Below, one piece after another: positions 1-12,102 of a stretch of 49,139 bases of DNA. The position numbers and the translations under genes are program-made. The notes below the pieces were generated by a model that had not been told where the DNA came from, did no database searches, and saw only the letters and a program-made list of their open reading frames with translations. This DNA comes from Cyanophora paradoxa CCMP329 (taxonomy: Eukaryota; Plantae; Glaucophyta): contig QPMI01000140.1 in the NCBI GenBank assembly GCA_004431415.1, forward strand, positions 1-49,139, written 5' to 3'. Position 1 is the first letter of the stretch. Every line of letters starts with the position of its first letter.

Positions 1-482
1 AGGCCCTCAACGAGCTCTTCGTGGCGGGGCGCCACTACAAAATCATGACCCTTATCACGACGCAGTATGCCAAGGGCATCAATCCCGTCCTGCGCTCCAA
101 TACTGATCTGGCTGTCATTTCAAGTGCTCGCAGGCGACGCGAGCAGCGCGAGCCTCTCGCAAAGGGAGTGGGGCGCGACATCATCTCCCAGCGCGCCTTC
201 TACTACCTGCTCGATAAGTACACGCAGGATAACCACTGCCTTATCATCGATTCTTCCAACAACTCTACGACCCTCTGGACGTTTTGTACGTCTACAAGGC
301 CGAGGAGCCGCCCCCCTTCCGCATCGGATCCAAGGAGTACTGGGAGGGCGAAAACCGTCAACGGAGAAAATCTCGTGGGTCCGGACGACGGCACGGTGGA
401 CAAGACGCTCCTCGGCATGATAGATAATTTCCAGGAAGCACCGCGGCTTCGCGCTGATTATTTTCTGAGGCTTCGTGCGTAA
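1..482 (+). CDS. A32-like (FtsK-HerA family) virion DNA-packaging ATPase, C-terminal part, frameshifted
   Basis: ALNELFVAGRHYKIMTLITTQYAKGINPVLRSNTD contains the GRH, TTQY and LRxNxD motifs. An alternative frame gives VLYVYKAEEPPPFRIGSKEYW, typical of NCLDV/PLV ATPase C-termini. Confidence 0.9.
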   Translation, partial: ALNELFVAGRHYKIMTLITTQYAKGINPVLRSNTDLAVISSARRRREQREPLAKGVGRDIISQRAFYYLLDKYTQDNHCLIIDSSNNSTTLWTFCTSTRPRSRPPSASDPRSTGRAKTVNGENLVGPDDGTVDKTLLGMIDNFQEAPRLRADYFLRLRA

Positions 483-484
483 GC

Positions 485-835
485 ATGTCGCCCAGCGCCC
501 ACATCGCCTCCGTCTTCCGCGTCGAGTCCATCGCTTACGACTGCCTCCTGGAGGCGAGCCTCGACCCCTCCTCGCCCTTTAACGACGGCGAGGTCAGCAG
601 CGCCCTGGAGAGGATCTGCGACGCGCTGGGAATTAACTGGGAGCGCCTGACCGCGGAGGCGGCGGACGAGGCCGCGGCCGAGTCGCTGGGCATGAGGACA
701 CCAGCTCGGAGGAGATGACAGACGAAGAGGGAGAACAGGGTGATTTACGTGCGCGACCCGCGGACGATTTTGCGACCTCGGAATCGGCTCGGAGGAGGAG
801 GAGAGGAGACCGAGGACGAGGACTCCGACGCCTAG
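485..835 (+). CDS. Small acidic hypothetical viral protein (frameshifted)
   Basis: ORF 485-718 continues in other frames to an acidic tail ending at TAG 833-835. Preceded by the TTTTCT motif. Confidence 0.5.
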
Positions 836-870
836 GCGCGCCCCTTAAAAATTTCCGAGGCGCTAGGAAA

Positions 871-1209
871 ATGTCAAAGGTGCTCCTAGGGCTCTCCAGG
901 CTATCGTGCAGTACGCCCTCGGCCTGGCATCCGGCTCCCTCATCGACGCCGCCTTCTCCTCGCACGAAGGCGAAAACAGGGCGGGCCACGCAGCCGAGCT
1001 CGCCGCGCAAGGTCGCCGTCAACGGCCTCTCCCTCGGCCTGCTCTCGAAATACGTGCTCACCCTCAAGTTCTTCGACGACGACCCCACCGGCGGAATTAT
1101 GTTCATCCTCGGATTCACACACGGGCAGACGAACATGCTAATCAAGGCTACCAGCGCCAGCTTCGGAATCAAGCAGGCGCTCCGAGCGGAAGGCCGCCGC
1201 GATCACTAA
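871..1209 (+). CDS. Small hydrophobic/membrane viral protein (frameshifted)
   Basis: AAAATG start. Joined frames give MSKVLLGLSRL.QYALGLASGSLIDAAF...VAVNGLSLGLLSKYVLTLKFFDDDPTGGIMFILGF. Confidence 0.55.
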   Translation: MSKVLLGLSRLSCSTPSAWHPAPSSTPPSPRTKAKTGRATQPSSPRKVAVNGLSLGLLSKYVLTLKFFDDDPTGGIMFILGFTHGQTNMLIKATSASFGIKQALRAEGRRDH

Positions 1210-1216
1210 AGAGTAG

Positions 1217-2174
1217 CTAAAGAGTAGGAAAGAAATGCAGTCGTTGTACTTCGCAGATCTGTTCCAAATCGAATCTAACTCCGAGAGTTTCTGCCTGCTC
1301 TTGAGCAAGGGGAAAAAGGGAGGTGCTGGGGCAAATCCAGCAGCACGAAAATCTGCCTGAAAACGTAATTGTAGTTGAGCATGTTCTTCCTGCCCTGCGA
1401 CTTGAACATGCTGAAGGGGACCTCCACCAGGGCGAACATCTCCTGCACCCGGTCCATGTCCTCCGCGCTCATCGGAGGCGGGCGCTCGCCCGTGATGCGC
1501 CACTTGATCTGCGCCCAGCGCTCGATGTACTTCTGCTGCTTCAGAGCCCGGAGAACTTGGCGGATATTGTCTTTGCTCCACTCCTTCCCCGCCATGCGCC
1601 TCGCAATAGCTGCCAGCACGTCCTCGGGTACCGGAGAATCCTCCAGGCAGTGCTGCTTAAGTCGCTCGGAAACGTGGTACTTGCGCAGGTAGTTGCTGTG
1701 GAGCTCGCTGACAGCCAGGGGTTGATGGTCCGGATAATAAAGATCCAGGACCAGACCGCAAGCCTTGGCAAACCAGATCCCCATCCAGGTGAACACCAAC
1801 GAGGGCGGTAGAGCTGCAATTTCCGCAGGGACAGCGCTTCGCCTTGGGGGCCTTGGGTGCGGCGGTTGCGCTTGCGGGGCGCTCTCCGGCCCCGAGGTAG
1901 GAGTTGGCGATGGCGGCGGCGGCGGCGGGGTACGGTGCCGGAGTGTCGAAGTCTGGGTCCCCCTCGTCGTGAAGGATGGCGCCGTAGCGCTGGATCTGCT
2001 CGAAGTTTCGGAGGAGGAGATCGATTTCGTTAGAGTCTGCCATTCCTCTGAGTCCTCGTACTGCAGCTGAGCTATTCCCCTGCAGAACCAACAGGTTGGC
2101 TTCTCAGAGGAGAGTGGGTCCCACTTGCAAGTGAGGAAGCACTTGTTGCAGAAGGCGTTGCTCAGGTGATTCAT
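1217..2174 (-). CDS. VLTF3-like (poxvirus A2L family) late transcription factor with Zn-ribbon, frameshifted
   Basis: Zn ribbon CPCGNC...DGDLVCQ.CGLVL. Conserved segments YHVSERLKQ, RKNMLNYNYVFRQIFVLL and PFFPLLKSRQKLSELDSIW. After a frameshift the C-terminus reads QICEVQRLHFFPTL*. The start may be 2043 (MADSNE) or 2174 (extra CxxC...CxxC). Confidence 0.9.
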
Positions 2175-2272
2175 GTGAGGCTCAGTGATGCTCAGGTGAG
2201 GTGCGGACGTACCCCGGGGCCCACGTGGAAGCTCACCCCAGCCTCGGAAAATTTTCTAGGCCTTGGTCTGAC

Positions 2273-3118
2273 ATGCTCAACCTCATCGCGAGGGGCGTGG
2301 CAGCAAACAGGCAAGCCCGGGCACCGAACCCTCACCTCCGCATGGACGCCTCCGGCCGCCGCTCCGGGTAGAGACGCACATCGTGGTGGGCAACATCAAC
2401 GACAAGGTGCTGGCGCCCGACAAGACGTGGTTCCAGAAGGTGCTGGACGCGGCGCCCGTGAGGAAACTGAACGGGGAGGATCGGCCGCAGCGCGAGTCGA
2501 ATTTCATGATCACCATCCAGACCAAACTACAAGCCGCGGAGCAGGGGAGAGGGCTCCAAGGTGCAGGACGCGTTTCACAGGGGCTGGAGGCCCTCTTCTA
2601 CGACGACAGGCAGCTGGCGCGGTGCATAAAGATGGGGTGTACCCGACAAGGCGAACCCCAAGGGCTTCGATTTCAAGTCCGACCAGTACGACACGCACGT
2701 GGAGAAGGGCAACGCGAACATCGGCATCGAGTACGGGCCGCGGTCGGGGCGGCTCCACGCGCACATCCGCTCACGCTGCGTGCACGTACTCGCGCGTGCA
2801 ATTCGACGGCAAGAAGGCGTCGGATTTCCTCATCAAGTTCATGCAAACGGAGGGGCAGGCGGCCTGCCGAATTTCTACAAGGACGACTGGTTCGGGGAGG
2901 AGTACCAGAAGACGGCGGTGCGGCCGATACGGAGAAAGGACGCCCTCGGCATGCAGTGGACGGGCAAGGGACGGGCTACAGGAAGCGAGAAAACCGCCAG
3001 GCAGATGCACGTAGACGTACAAAAATTGCTGCCGCAGAGCAACCTTAAGGATCTGCTGCAGCTGTACATTACGAAGACGGTAGAGGCCCTCGAGACGGGC
3101 GCTGTAAAGCTCGTGTAA
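2273..3118 (+). CDS. HUH-superfamily (rolling-circle Rep-like) endonuclease 1, frameshifted
   Basis: Motif I-like RESNFMITIQT (~2491-2523), motif II IEYGPRSGRLHAHI (~2726-2767) and motif III LQLYITK (YxxK, ~3065), in the canonical order. Confidence 0.8.
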
Positions 3119-3139
3119 ATTTTTTCTCGTGTCCAATAA

Positions 3140-4149
3140 ATGCCTCCGAAGCGCCGAGGCCGCAAGAAGAAGCCAGAGAGCTCGAGCGAGTCAGAGGAAG
3201 AGGAGCCCACGTCCCGTCCTCCGAGTCGGAGGAAGAAGAGGAGGAAGAGGAAGAGGAGCCGGAGCCTAAAGCCGAAGGGCAAGGGCAAGGGAAGGGAAAG
3301 GGAAAGGCAAAGGGAAACGCGCCCGATACCGGCGTGGACGAGCTCGAGACGCCCGTCGTTGAGATTCCGAAGCGATACGTGCTGGTTCAGGGCGAGGACG
3401 GCATATTCCAGCAGCAGAAGAGCATATCCGATTACATCAAGCTCTCGGCCACCAAAGAAGTTCAGATGCTCCATCGCTGCTCGATAAATCATACCACGAG
3501 CCCGCGACCCTCTGGAGCATCCACAGCGAAAATCGAGTACGATAAACTCCCCGAGGAGCGACTGCGCGCCATACCGCGCACTGTACCAGAGCGCGCAGAA
3601 ATCGCCGCCAATCTGCTACCGCTGCCTTCGCCTCATGTACGAAGCCACGCCCGTGCCGAGCGCCAAGGGGGCCAACACGCCAAGAAAATCGCCGCGAGGG
3701 AGGCAGCGCAGGCGAGGAAGGATGCCGTGTACGAAGAGTACGTCGCGGTCATAGAGAAGGCAAATCGCGTGGGCGGCCAAGCAAAACGGCAAGGGAAAGA
3801 AAAAGGGCCAGGAGCCGTACCCCTCATCAAGGACAAAGAAGCCGGCGCAGGTGCCCACGGTGTCGCCCAGAAACTCGTGGCTCTGCCAGAAGTGCGTCAC
3901 GTTCTGCTCGGCAACAAGGGCCTGCTTCGTGATCTTGGGCCTGCAGAGGCGAAAGAGGGGCGACACGGCTCCACGCTCCAAGCAGACGCGCGACCAATGG
4001 TCGAGAGCGTGCTCGGCGGGCCGAAGCCAAAGACCACGAAAAAGGCAAAGGATACGGCCGCTGACTTCGGATCGTCCGTCATCGAGCCCAACTCTGCGCA
4101 GTCGAAAATCAGAAAGGCGAAAATCGTGGCGCGAGCATGGAAGATTTAA
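3140..4149 (+). CDS. Basic/acidic low-complexity protein with NLS-like start; possibly the N-terminal part of a long HUH protein
   Basis: MPPKRRGRKKK start, poly-Glu, KGKGKG repeats and a coiled coil. Overlaps the start of the HUH2 ORF at 4137 with no promoter motif between them. Confidence 0.55.
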
Positions 4150-5100
4150 TGGCAACCTTCGCGGACGCGCAAGAGGTAAAGCAGAACATAGAGAAGGCGA
4201 AAACGGGACTGCAGGCGGCGCAGGCAAACGGGCTGGAGGCGCTCGAGAAGGTGATCACGGAAATCAGCGAGACGGGGCGGTCGGTCTTCATCCTCAACAA
4301 AAAGAATCCCGACGGAAGCACGCGGTACGACATACGACAGGCGCGCCAGTCGCGCTACTGGGTGCTCTTCAACACCCACAAGCGCCTGGGAGAGGCGCGA
4401 GAATTCGAGGCGCGGCGCTGCGCGACAGCCTCGCAGAGGTGCTCTCGGATGCAGAATCTACAAGTTCATACGCTTCAATATGAAGGAAGAGAACGGCAAG
4501 TACAAGGACGACACGTACGCCAACGCAATCATCGGAATTCGCGTGCAAGGGGCGTGGAGGTGGGGCCGACGGACGCGCGCTGCACGCCCACGTGCTGGTG
4601 ACGATCGATCACATATCGAATTTGCAGGTGCTGTGGGCGAATTACGACTGGGTGGTGCTGCTGAAGGAGAAGGAGCCGAGCACCACGACGGTGTACGAGC
4701 GGCTGCACCAAATTCTGTCCGCGAAATTCACGGCGGCGGGGCAGCGCCTCGTAGACCAGAAGAGGGCAGAGGCAGGGCCTCAACCGAGCATCGATACGAT
4801 GGTGGAAATCGCAGAGCTCGAGCGCATGCTGACGAAGAGAAGATAGGCATGGGGAAAGATCCGCCCACCGTCCTTGCGTCGCTGATCCCAGAGGAAAATT
4901 ACGCGAGCAAGCTGCAGGAGTACCTCTCAAAGACGCTGCCCCGACAAGCAGAGGCGCGATTTACTGAAAGAGTGGTCGCACGCGCGAACACGAACAACAC
5001 CGACAACAACACGGACGGTACCTTCACGATTTTCCAGGCGGACGCGGCCAGGCGGACGATCCCCGCTTCGCGCCGCAGGCCGCGGAAATCGGCGACCTGA
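4137..5100 (+). CDS. HUH-superfamily endonuclease 2 (paralog of 2273-3118), frameshifted
   Basis: RQSRYWVLFNTHK (motif I-like). VEVGPTDAR/LHAHVLVTIDHISNLQV across a 1-nt shift at ~4580. SLIPEENYASKLQEYLSKT (YxxK at 4921) aligns with KLLPQSNLKDLLQLYITKT of HUH1. Confidence 0.78.
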
Positions 5101-5185
5101 GGGCCAGGGGCCGAGGGGCGCGGCAAAGGCAAGGGGCGCGGAAGGGGAAGGGGTAGCGGATAATAAATCTGACGGGCCCGCGAAA

Positions 5186-5447
5186 ATGTTCCAGGGGGAA
5201 TGCACCCACTCGGACATCATCACCGTCGTCTGCGGCGCGCTCTTCCTGGTCTCGGAGCTGCTGGGCGGCACGGAGCGCGTCGCCCCAACACAGTGCTGGC
5301 GCCCTGAAGGCGGCGGCCCTTAGGGTCGTCCGCCGCGGACAGCCCGAGCCGAACCCCACCGGAGCAGCAGAGGCGCGAGAGCACGCAGAACATAGGGCCG
5401 CACCACGTCGACATTCAGATGACGCAAACGGTACCCGTTTTTTCTAG
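5186..5447 (+). CDS. Small membrane protein (end uncertain because of frameshifts)
   Basis: AAAATG start; MFQGECTHSDIITVVCGALFLVSELLGG is a hydrophobic segment. Confidence 0.45.
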
Positions 5448-5459
5448 AGAACATGGGAA

Positions 5460-5822
5460 ATGGAGACTCCCGCGACACCAGCCCCAGCGCAGAGGCTCCA
5501 GCGCCAGCAACTCCAGCAGCAGCACCGCGGCCTACCTTGGCTTCTTAGGACTTACGCGCGAAAGAAGCAGCAGCAGCCGAAGGCACCGGCGGAAATGGCG
5601 GCTGACCTGGATCGGTGCACCCGCCGCGCCATCGCGAGCTACGCCAAGCGCGTCGAGCAGTACCACCCCAGATGGCAGAGGACGCCCGGGCGTACGCGAA
5701 GAACCCGCCGCGAGCCCGCCCGTGATGGCCGCCGTCATCGACCGGCTGCAGTGGCGCTGCACGAGGAGGGAGAGCGCGTCAGGAATTTCTTCATGCCAAG
5801 TAAATTTCTGAATGGCCCTTAA
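5460..5822 (+). CDS. Hypothetical viral protein
   Basis: ORF preceded by TTTTTTCT-N14-ATG; Gln-rich N-terminus. Confidence 0.45.
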   Translation: METPATPAPAQRLQRQQLQQQHRGLPWLLRTYARKKQQQPKAPAEMAADLDRCTRRAIASYAKRVEQYHPRWQRTPGRTRRTRREPARDGRRHRPAAVALHEEGERVRNFFMPSKFLNGP

Positions 5823-6010
5823 CAATGTCGTCCATGCTCCCGAGCTCGATGATATCACCAGCGATTCCCGCTACCTGGGCAGCCTGCTGACCCTCGGCGC
5901 GGTCGCCTACATGTCGCCCGCGCTACTACCTCGTGCGGATCCTCGCCGCGCAGTTCGCGGGCTACTACTTCGTGGGGCCCTACCTCCTCAACGGCCTGAG
6001 GAAGGCATAA
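5812..6010 (+). CDS. Small membrane protein (frameshifted)
   Basis: YLGSLLTLGAVAYMSP joined to RYYLVRILAAQFAGYYFVGPYLLNGLRKA* gives two hydrophobic segments. Confidence 0.45.
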
Positions 6011-6033
6011 TTTCTCAGGCCCCTTCCTAAATA

Positions 6034-6480
6034 ATGTCTGCGTCAACCTCTACGTCCAGTCGAACGGAGAGACGCAGGATTCCGAGGGCTTCTGGCGCCT
6101 CAGGCTGAACCAGATCCCGCCGACATCGACACGCTGCAGATCAAGGGCGTCTACCTGGAGCTGGACACGACCGCGATTCCGGACCCCACCGCCGCGAAAA
6201 ACCGTCAACGTTCTGCTGATGACGTGCCCGACTTGAACGTCACGACCATCTCGAACGTCAACACGTGCATCAACAAGGTCGTGATCCCGACGTGGGGCCA
6301 CGACGGCCTCGAGAACACCATCCTCTACTGGTTCGAGGTGCCCATGGCCGTGCGCCCGAACTACGTCGCGTACGACAAGTTCCAGGAGCTGCGCGTGCGC
6401 TTCACGACATCACGGGCGCCACCAAGAAGAACAACGCCTTCATCGTCAAGAACTTCGGCCTCTGGGCCTTTGCGAAATAG
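6034..6480 (+). CDS. Beta-rich hypothetical protein, possible minor virion protein (frameshifted)
   Basis: Joined frames: NLYVQSNGE...DTLQIKGVYLELD...KVVIPTWG...YWFEVPMAVRP...ELRVRF...FIVKNFGLWAFAK*. Alternating hydrophobic strand pattern. Confidence 0.45.
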
Positions 6481-6500
6481 ATTTTCGCAGGCCCCCTTAA

Positions 6501-6972
6501 ATGCGCCTGATCATATTCCCGCGAAAGGGCTCGGGCGTCAAGACGCGCACCTTTACGGGCGTGCCTGGCTACCCTCGCCCCTCACTTACAGAGTCGATCT
6601 TGTAACCGCTCTGGTCCAATTAAATACGGGCTGCTGCACAGCCTCAGTCACATCCGTCTCGGCGAGAGCGCATGGCAGGACTTGGCCTTAATCGTAGAAT
6701 TCGAGTACAGGGGGGTAGACACGCTAACGGGCGAGCACGTTTACAGGGTACGGGTAGCAAGGGAGGGTACTCGCTGCCGAACGGCACGGGCGGGGAATAC
6801 TGGGAGCCGAAAATACGCGACGCCTCCGAGGCTACCGCTGGCTGCGTGACGAGCAGATCACTATCAGGCCCGATTACCCCTACGCGACGTTTTCTGGCAG
6901 GTGCCCGTGGGCCGTTGGACAACGGGCGAGGTGAGCGGCAAGCTGAAGTGGACGTGGGACGCGGAGCATTAG
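6501..6972 (+). CDS. Hypothetical viral protein (heavily frameshifted)
   Basis: TTTTCG-N13-ATG (TAAATG) start. Fragments include LALIVEFEYRGVDTLTGEHVYRV and VSGKLKWTWDAEH*. Confidence 0.35.
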
Positions 6973-6997
6973 TTAATTTTTCTCTCTCGCGGATAAA

Positions 6998-9900
6998 ATG
7001 TCGATGCTCGACGACCCCTGGCGCATGGCCATCCCGAATCCGGACGAGGTGCTGAACGGCGCCTTCGCGATAGACGGGAGCCTGAGCGTGAGGGGAATTT
7101 ACGCGGACGAGATAAGGCTGCGCAAGGGCGCGACCTACAGCGATTTCCTGACGTCCGTCGGTACCTTGGACGATTACGGTGACCTCACCGCAATTATCAA
7201 GGGGCTCTGGGGCGTCACGACCGAGACGGGCGTGGACTGGAACATTATTAAGAGGGCGGCCGACGTGAAAATCGCAAACTCCGTTACAGCGAAAGACGCC
7301 ACCCTGAACCTCGTGAAACTGACTCTAAAGGGCGCAGAGGGGGACGTGAGGCCCGGGTACAACGCACTCGAGCGCATCGCGGGCCCCTGCGCCACATCTA
7401 CTGGAGCCGCCAGGCGCTGCCGAGCATGGAGCCCGAGCAGTACAGGCGCGACAGGGAGGAGTTTTCGCGTGGTTCGACCACTTCAAGGTGAACATCCGCG
7501 CCTGAGCGCCGACAGGACGGGCGAGACGCCGGAGACGACGGGCGGGGGCCGCATCCCAACGGCACCCGACGTGCTCCCGATCGCTCAGACTGGGCGAAGA
7601 CGCAGAACTGGGCGCTGAAGGACCACTTCCACGACGAGAGGTACGCCCTCGTCAAGCACCCGCATGTGAAGGCCGACATCACGGACTGGGCGCACCGCCA
7701 CCTGTACGACGACATCATCGGCGGGCCCAAGGTGCCGGCGCGATTCCGGGTGGGGTACGGGCGGCGGAAGCACGGGAGGTGGGGGTACAGGCACCGGGGT
7801 GGGGTACAGGCACCGGGGTGGGGTACAGGCACGGGGGGCGGAGGGGCTCCAGTGGCACGCCCGTGGGGGGGGGCGGGGTAGCAGCGGCTCGGGTGGCGGC
7901 GGCTCGGGCGGAGAGAGCGGCGGAGGGGGTACGCTCGTGCCGATCCTTGGTACAACAACGGGAATCTTCGGCGCGGCCCTGATTGCAGGCGGTGCAAAGT
8001 ACTACAGGGATCGGAAGGCGTACGAAAGGGACATTGCAGAGCTGCAGAAAGATAACAAAACGATCGTTTACTCAGACGAGCAGGTGAGAATACTGGCAGA
8101 GGAGCTGAAGACAAGGGAGCGGCAATTTAACGAAATGAGGACAGCGGCCGAGAAAAAGATAGCGGACGATTTGAAAGAGGCGAGCGATAGAATTGAGAAA
8201 TCCCTGGAGGCCGAGGAGAAAGCCGAGATCCGGAAGAGAGAGGCGATAGGATCGTGGAAAACGCGATAAGGGAGGCAAAGGAGCAGGCAAGGACCGAGCT
8301 GGAGAAACTGGACATGGAAATAGCAAACAAGGTCAACATAGCAAACGAGGTCGAAGAGGCACAAAGATGCTGGACGATGAGCGAAAGGCAGCGGAGGAGC
8401 AAGCCAGAAAAGCAAAGGAGGATTTAAGGCAGCTCGAACTGCGAGAACAGGAGAGGCAGAAGGCAGAGGGGCTCGCATCCACCATACGATTCAACCTAGA
8501 GCAGCAAGTGAAAACGCTGACGGCCGAGCTGCAGAGGATAGGGACGGCTGTGCCAAGGGGCACAATGGAGACGCAGACGACGCCAAGGCCCGATCCAAGG
8601 CCGGCCGCCGAGAGGCTGCCCTTCGCGCGGCTGGGTAGGAGCGACCAGGTGGAAGAGCTCATTGGCCTCACGCTCGAGGATCAGAGGGCCCTCTTCGACG
8701 CGTTAGAGCAGCGGCGCAGGGCGGACGAGGAGGCAGCTGCCAAGACAGAAGAGGAACGACTGAAGGCAATGCAAACTGCATCAGACGAGGAATTTGCACG
8801 GCTGGAGGAGCCGAAGGTAGCGGAGCGTAAGCGACGACTGGAGACGTTCAGGGGGCGCAGATGGATTTTTACCGCTCGGAGCTCAAAAGACTGAAAGAAG
8901 GAAATGCATCGGGGACAGGTCCGCGCCATGGAAGAGAACATGCGCGACTTTAGCTACGTTATGGATCAGCTGACGGGAAGGGGTCAGAAAGACGCCGAAG
9001 AACTGAGGAGAAAGATGGCCGATGAGAAGTGGAAAAACTTTGAGCGTCAGGCTGTTCAGAGGCCCATCAGCGATGCCATCTGGATAGCATACGGCGACGT
9101 GGAGGAGATGCACAGAGAACTGCGGACGGAAGCGAGCCTGTGGCGGGGAGCCCTCGAATGGTCACTGTACCGGATACAAAAGGGGAGTTTTTGGCAGAGC
9201 TGCGAGCCAATCCGAAAACGGTGAGCGCGGGCGCACAGAGCGCGTACCTCTCCATGGTCGATTACGTGGGCAAGCTGAGCAAATTTTGGGAAATGCGAAG
9301 AGCCATCATTCCAGCGGAGGGGCTCGCGCAGTACGATGCCATGGTGCGCGATCTGGAGGCCTTCAAACGTGAGCACCCACCCGCCAAATACAAGATTCAC
9401 ATAGATACGACGGCATTCATGGGCGATCTAAGGAAGAGAGGAGACGAGGCCAAGAGTCAGATCGAGGAGCGCTACAGAAAGGCCCAAGCGGACAAGGAGT
9501 ACGCAAACAGGGTGATCGAAGAGCGGAAGCAGCAAGCCAAGGAGAACGCGGCGAGACGCAACGCCGAGATAGAAGAGCAGAGGCGGAAGATCGCAGAGCG
9601 CAAGGCGGCAGAGGAAGAGGCAAGAAAGACCAAGGTAGAGACAGAGTACCAAGCATTGAAACGGGAGGCCAATCAACTGTTAAAAAGGAGGGGAAGGGCC
9701 TACGCCGACGAGGGCGCGGGCGTGGGCTCGGCCAGCCCGGACGACATCACCTCGCGGAAAGGGACGACGTTTCCGTAGAGGAAATGCGCCCGGGCACGGC
9801 TCGCCTGCCCTCCGAGGGCGTATTTCAGACGCTCGACAGGCGCGTGATGGGCGACTCGGACGTTATTCTGCGCAACGCCCTCATGCCCTACGGCGACTGG

Positions 9901-12078
9901 AACCGCGCCACCGCCGACGCCCTTGCCGATTTCGACCTCGAGCGATTCACCACCAAAGAGCAGCGCGACGCCTTCCTGGGGCGCCCGAGGGCCAGGCGGC
10001 CCGGGGTGGCCAAGGAGGCCTTCAGCGCAGAGACCTCTTCTCCGCGATGGGTACGGCGAACAACGACGGCATGTCTTTCGGGGCAGCCGATTTATTTCAG
10101 GGGCGGGCATCGACTTGGTGGGCGCCGGGCTGGGGGGTACGGGCTCGCGGGCCATGCGGCGGGCGGGCGCGGCGGCGGCCGGCCTTGGGCTGGCGACGGC
10201 GGGCGGCCTGCTCTCGGCCTACCAGGCGCTCTCGCAGGGCAAGATAGGGGAGGCCGAGTTCTTCGATACGTTCCGCGATCAGATGATCATGACGGTCGGC
10301 TCTTTTGGCCTTCAGACGGGCATGTCGTCCGCCCTGAGCGCCCTCACGAAAATGAGGATCGGCACGGTGGGCGGACTTGGCCTGTCCATCCTCGCGGGCG
10401 CCATCGCGCAGGTGATCGTGGATATCATCAACGGGCGCAGCGCGGAAGAAATCGTGAAGAACTTTTTCAAGTACCCCGTCGACTGGGCGACCGACACCAT
10501 ACAGTTCATCGCGGAGCTCTCGCAACAGATCTACGACTGGGGCGTCGAGACGTGGGGCGACGAGGCGAGCCAGCTGCGCAACCGAATTAATCGGCTGGAG
10601 GGCGAGCTGGGCTCCGGATTTTTGGGTGTGTACGACCCTCGGAGGCGCGCGAAATGGCCTCGCTCTTGGCCCAGGAGCTGCGGTTAAACGAAATCAAGGA
10701 GCCGAAGGAGCTGCAGGCCTTCATTCGCGCGCTCGACAACAGCATCAACGATTACCGTACCCCAAGGACCAGAAGACCTGCTCGAAATCGATCGCGCGAC
10801 CGTGCTCTTCCTCTCCAGCTCACCGTTAAAATGCAGGAGGGCTTCGGGTCGACTTCGCTCGCCCTGAGTCGACTTATGCGCGACCTGAAGCAGATGATAA
10901 AGGAGGAGACCAAGGGGCGGAAGCGCGTCTTAATTGCCGTCTACCAGGAGGGCCTCAACAGGATCAATCACATCGAAGCCCTAAGGCGCGAATTCGGCTC
11001 GGCCATCCGTCACTCGGGCGTCTCGTCGAACGGAGGGGCGCAGGTGGCCGCCTGGCGGACGCCAACTCGCGCCTCGAGATTCCCGGGACCTTCCGCATGC
11101 AGGATTGGTGGGAGGCCGAGGCCTTCAGGAATTACGGGCCTTCATAGACAACGGGATCAATTCGCAGAGCCCCAAGGCAAACTGGCTGGTACCCAAGGCC
11201 TACGTCGATAAATTGGTTGACAGGCCTGCAGCACCATACACCAAGAAGATCGCCAAAGGCATCGAGTACTGGGCGCCCGAGCCAGGCCAGCCCGTGTTTG
11301 CATCGCAGAACTACGAGTGGCACATGGCGCCGGGGGCGAGCCAGGCCGTGAGCACCGTGGGCGTTGCCGTGCCGCAGCTGGCGACGGTGGCACACACGGG
11401 GGCGTATGCAGATCTCAGCGGGAGGCCGACGATACCCGTGATACCAACAACGTGGGCGTGGATAGCATCACGGGGAAGCCGAGTACGTATCCCCACGCAG
11501 ACCACCAGCACACCATCTCTCAGATCAGCGACTGGACGGCCCGGACTTGACGAACATCTCCGTGGATTGGGACAACGTAACGGGCAAGCCACTTACCTTC
11601 CCCCCTCTACACACAGTCACAATGTGTACTGGGATAATGTCATCGACCGACCCACTTCCTTCCACCCTCTACGCACAGTCACACAGAGTACTCGCTCACC
11701 AGCCACGGGCACAGAAACGTGAACATGGATGCGTACATAACGCACGGCACGTCCTTCCACTCCTACGCTGCGTACACGGAGTTTAACATCAATTCAACAT
11801 ACACGGTGACGTTCAACATTACATTCGGACAGGCGTACGACACTGGAGGCGGACTGGGGACCCCAGCAAACCCAACGCCGGTTATTAACGTAACCCCCTC
11901 GTTCGACATCAATCCCGGCGGCAGCACGGATGTCGATTTCTACGGGGCCAACGTCACGGCGGTGAGTCACACTGGCTTTACAGTTAAAGTGAGATTCCAA
12001 CCCAGAATGACGGTCACGCCCACCCAAATTGTCCAGCTTTTTATTCATTGGACCGCGATCGGCAAGCTGCTTATGTAA
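6998..12078 (+). CDS. Giant virion protein (probably one gene with many frameshifts): Gly-rich linker, long coiled coil, tape-measure-like hydrophobic helices, phage fiber repeats and gp53/H-lectin-like C-terminus
   Basis: Chain of overlapping + strand ORFs with no intervening promoter motif. E/K/R coiled coil at ~8000-9700. GTVGGLGLSILAGAIAQVIVDII. Fiber repeats VAHTGAYADLSGRPTIP, SITGKPSTYP and WDNVTGKPLTFPP. C-terminal VTAVSHTGFTVKV...IHWTAIG. Confidence 0.65.
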
Positions 12079-12102
12079 TCGATTTTCTGATGCAATCCAA
12101 AA

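Noticed and set aside
6998-12078. Programmed ribosomal frameshifting
   Set aside because: The shifts are too numerous, occur in nearly all viral genes and lack consistent slippery sites.
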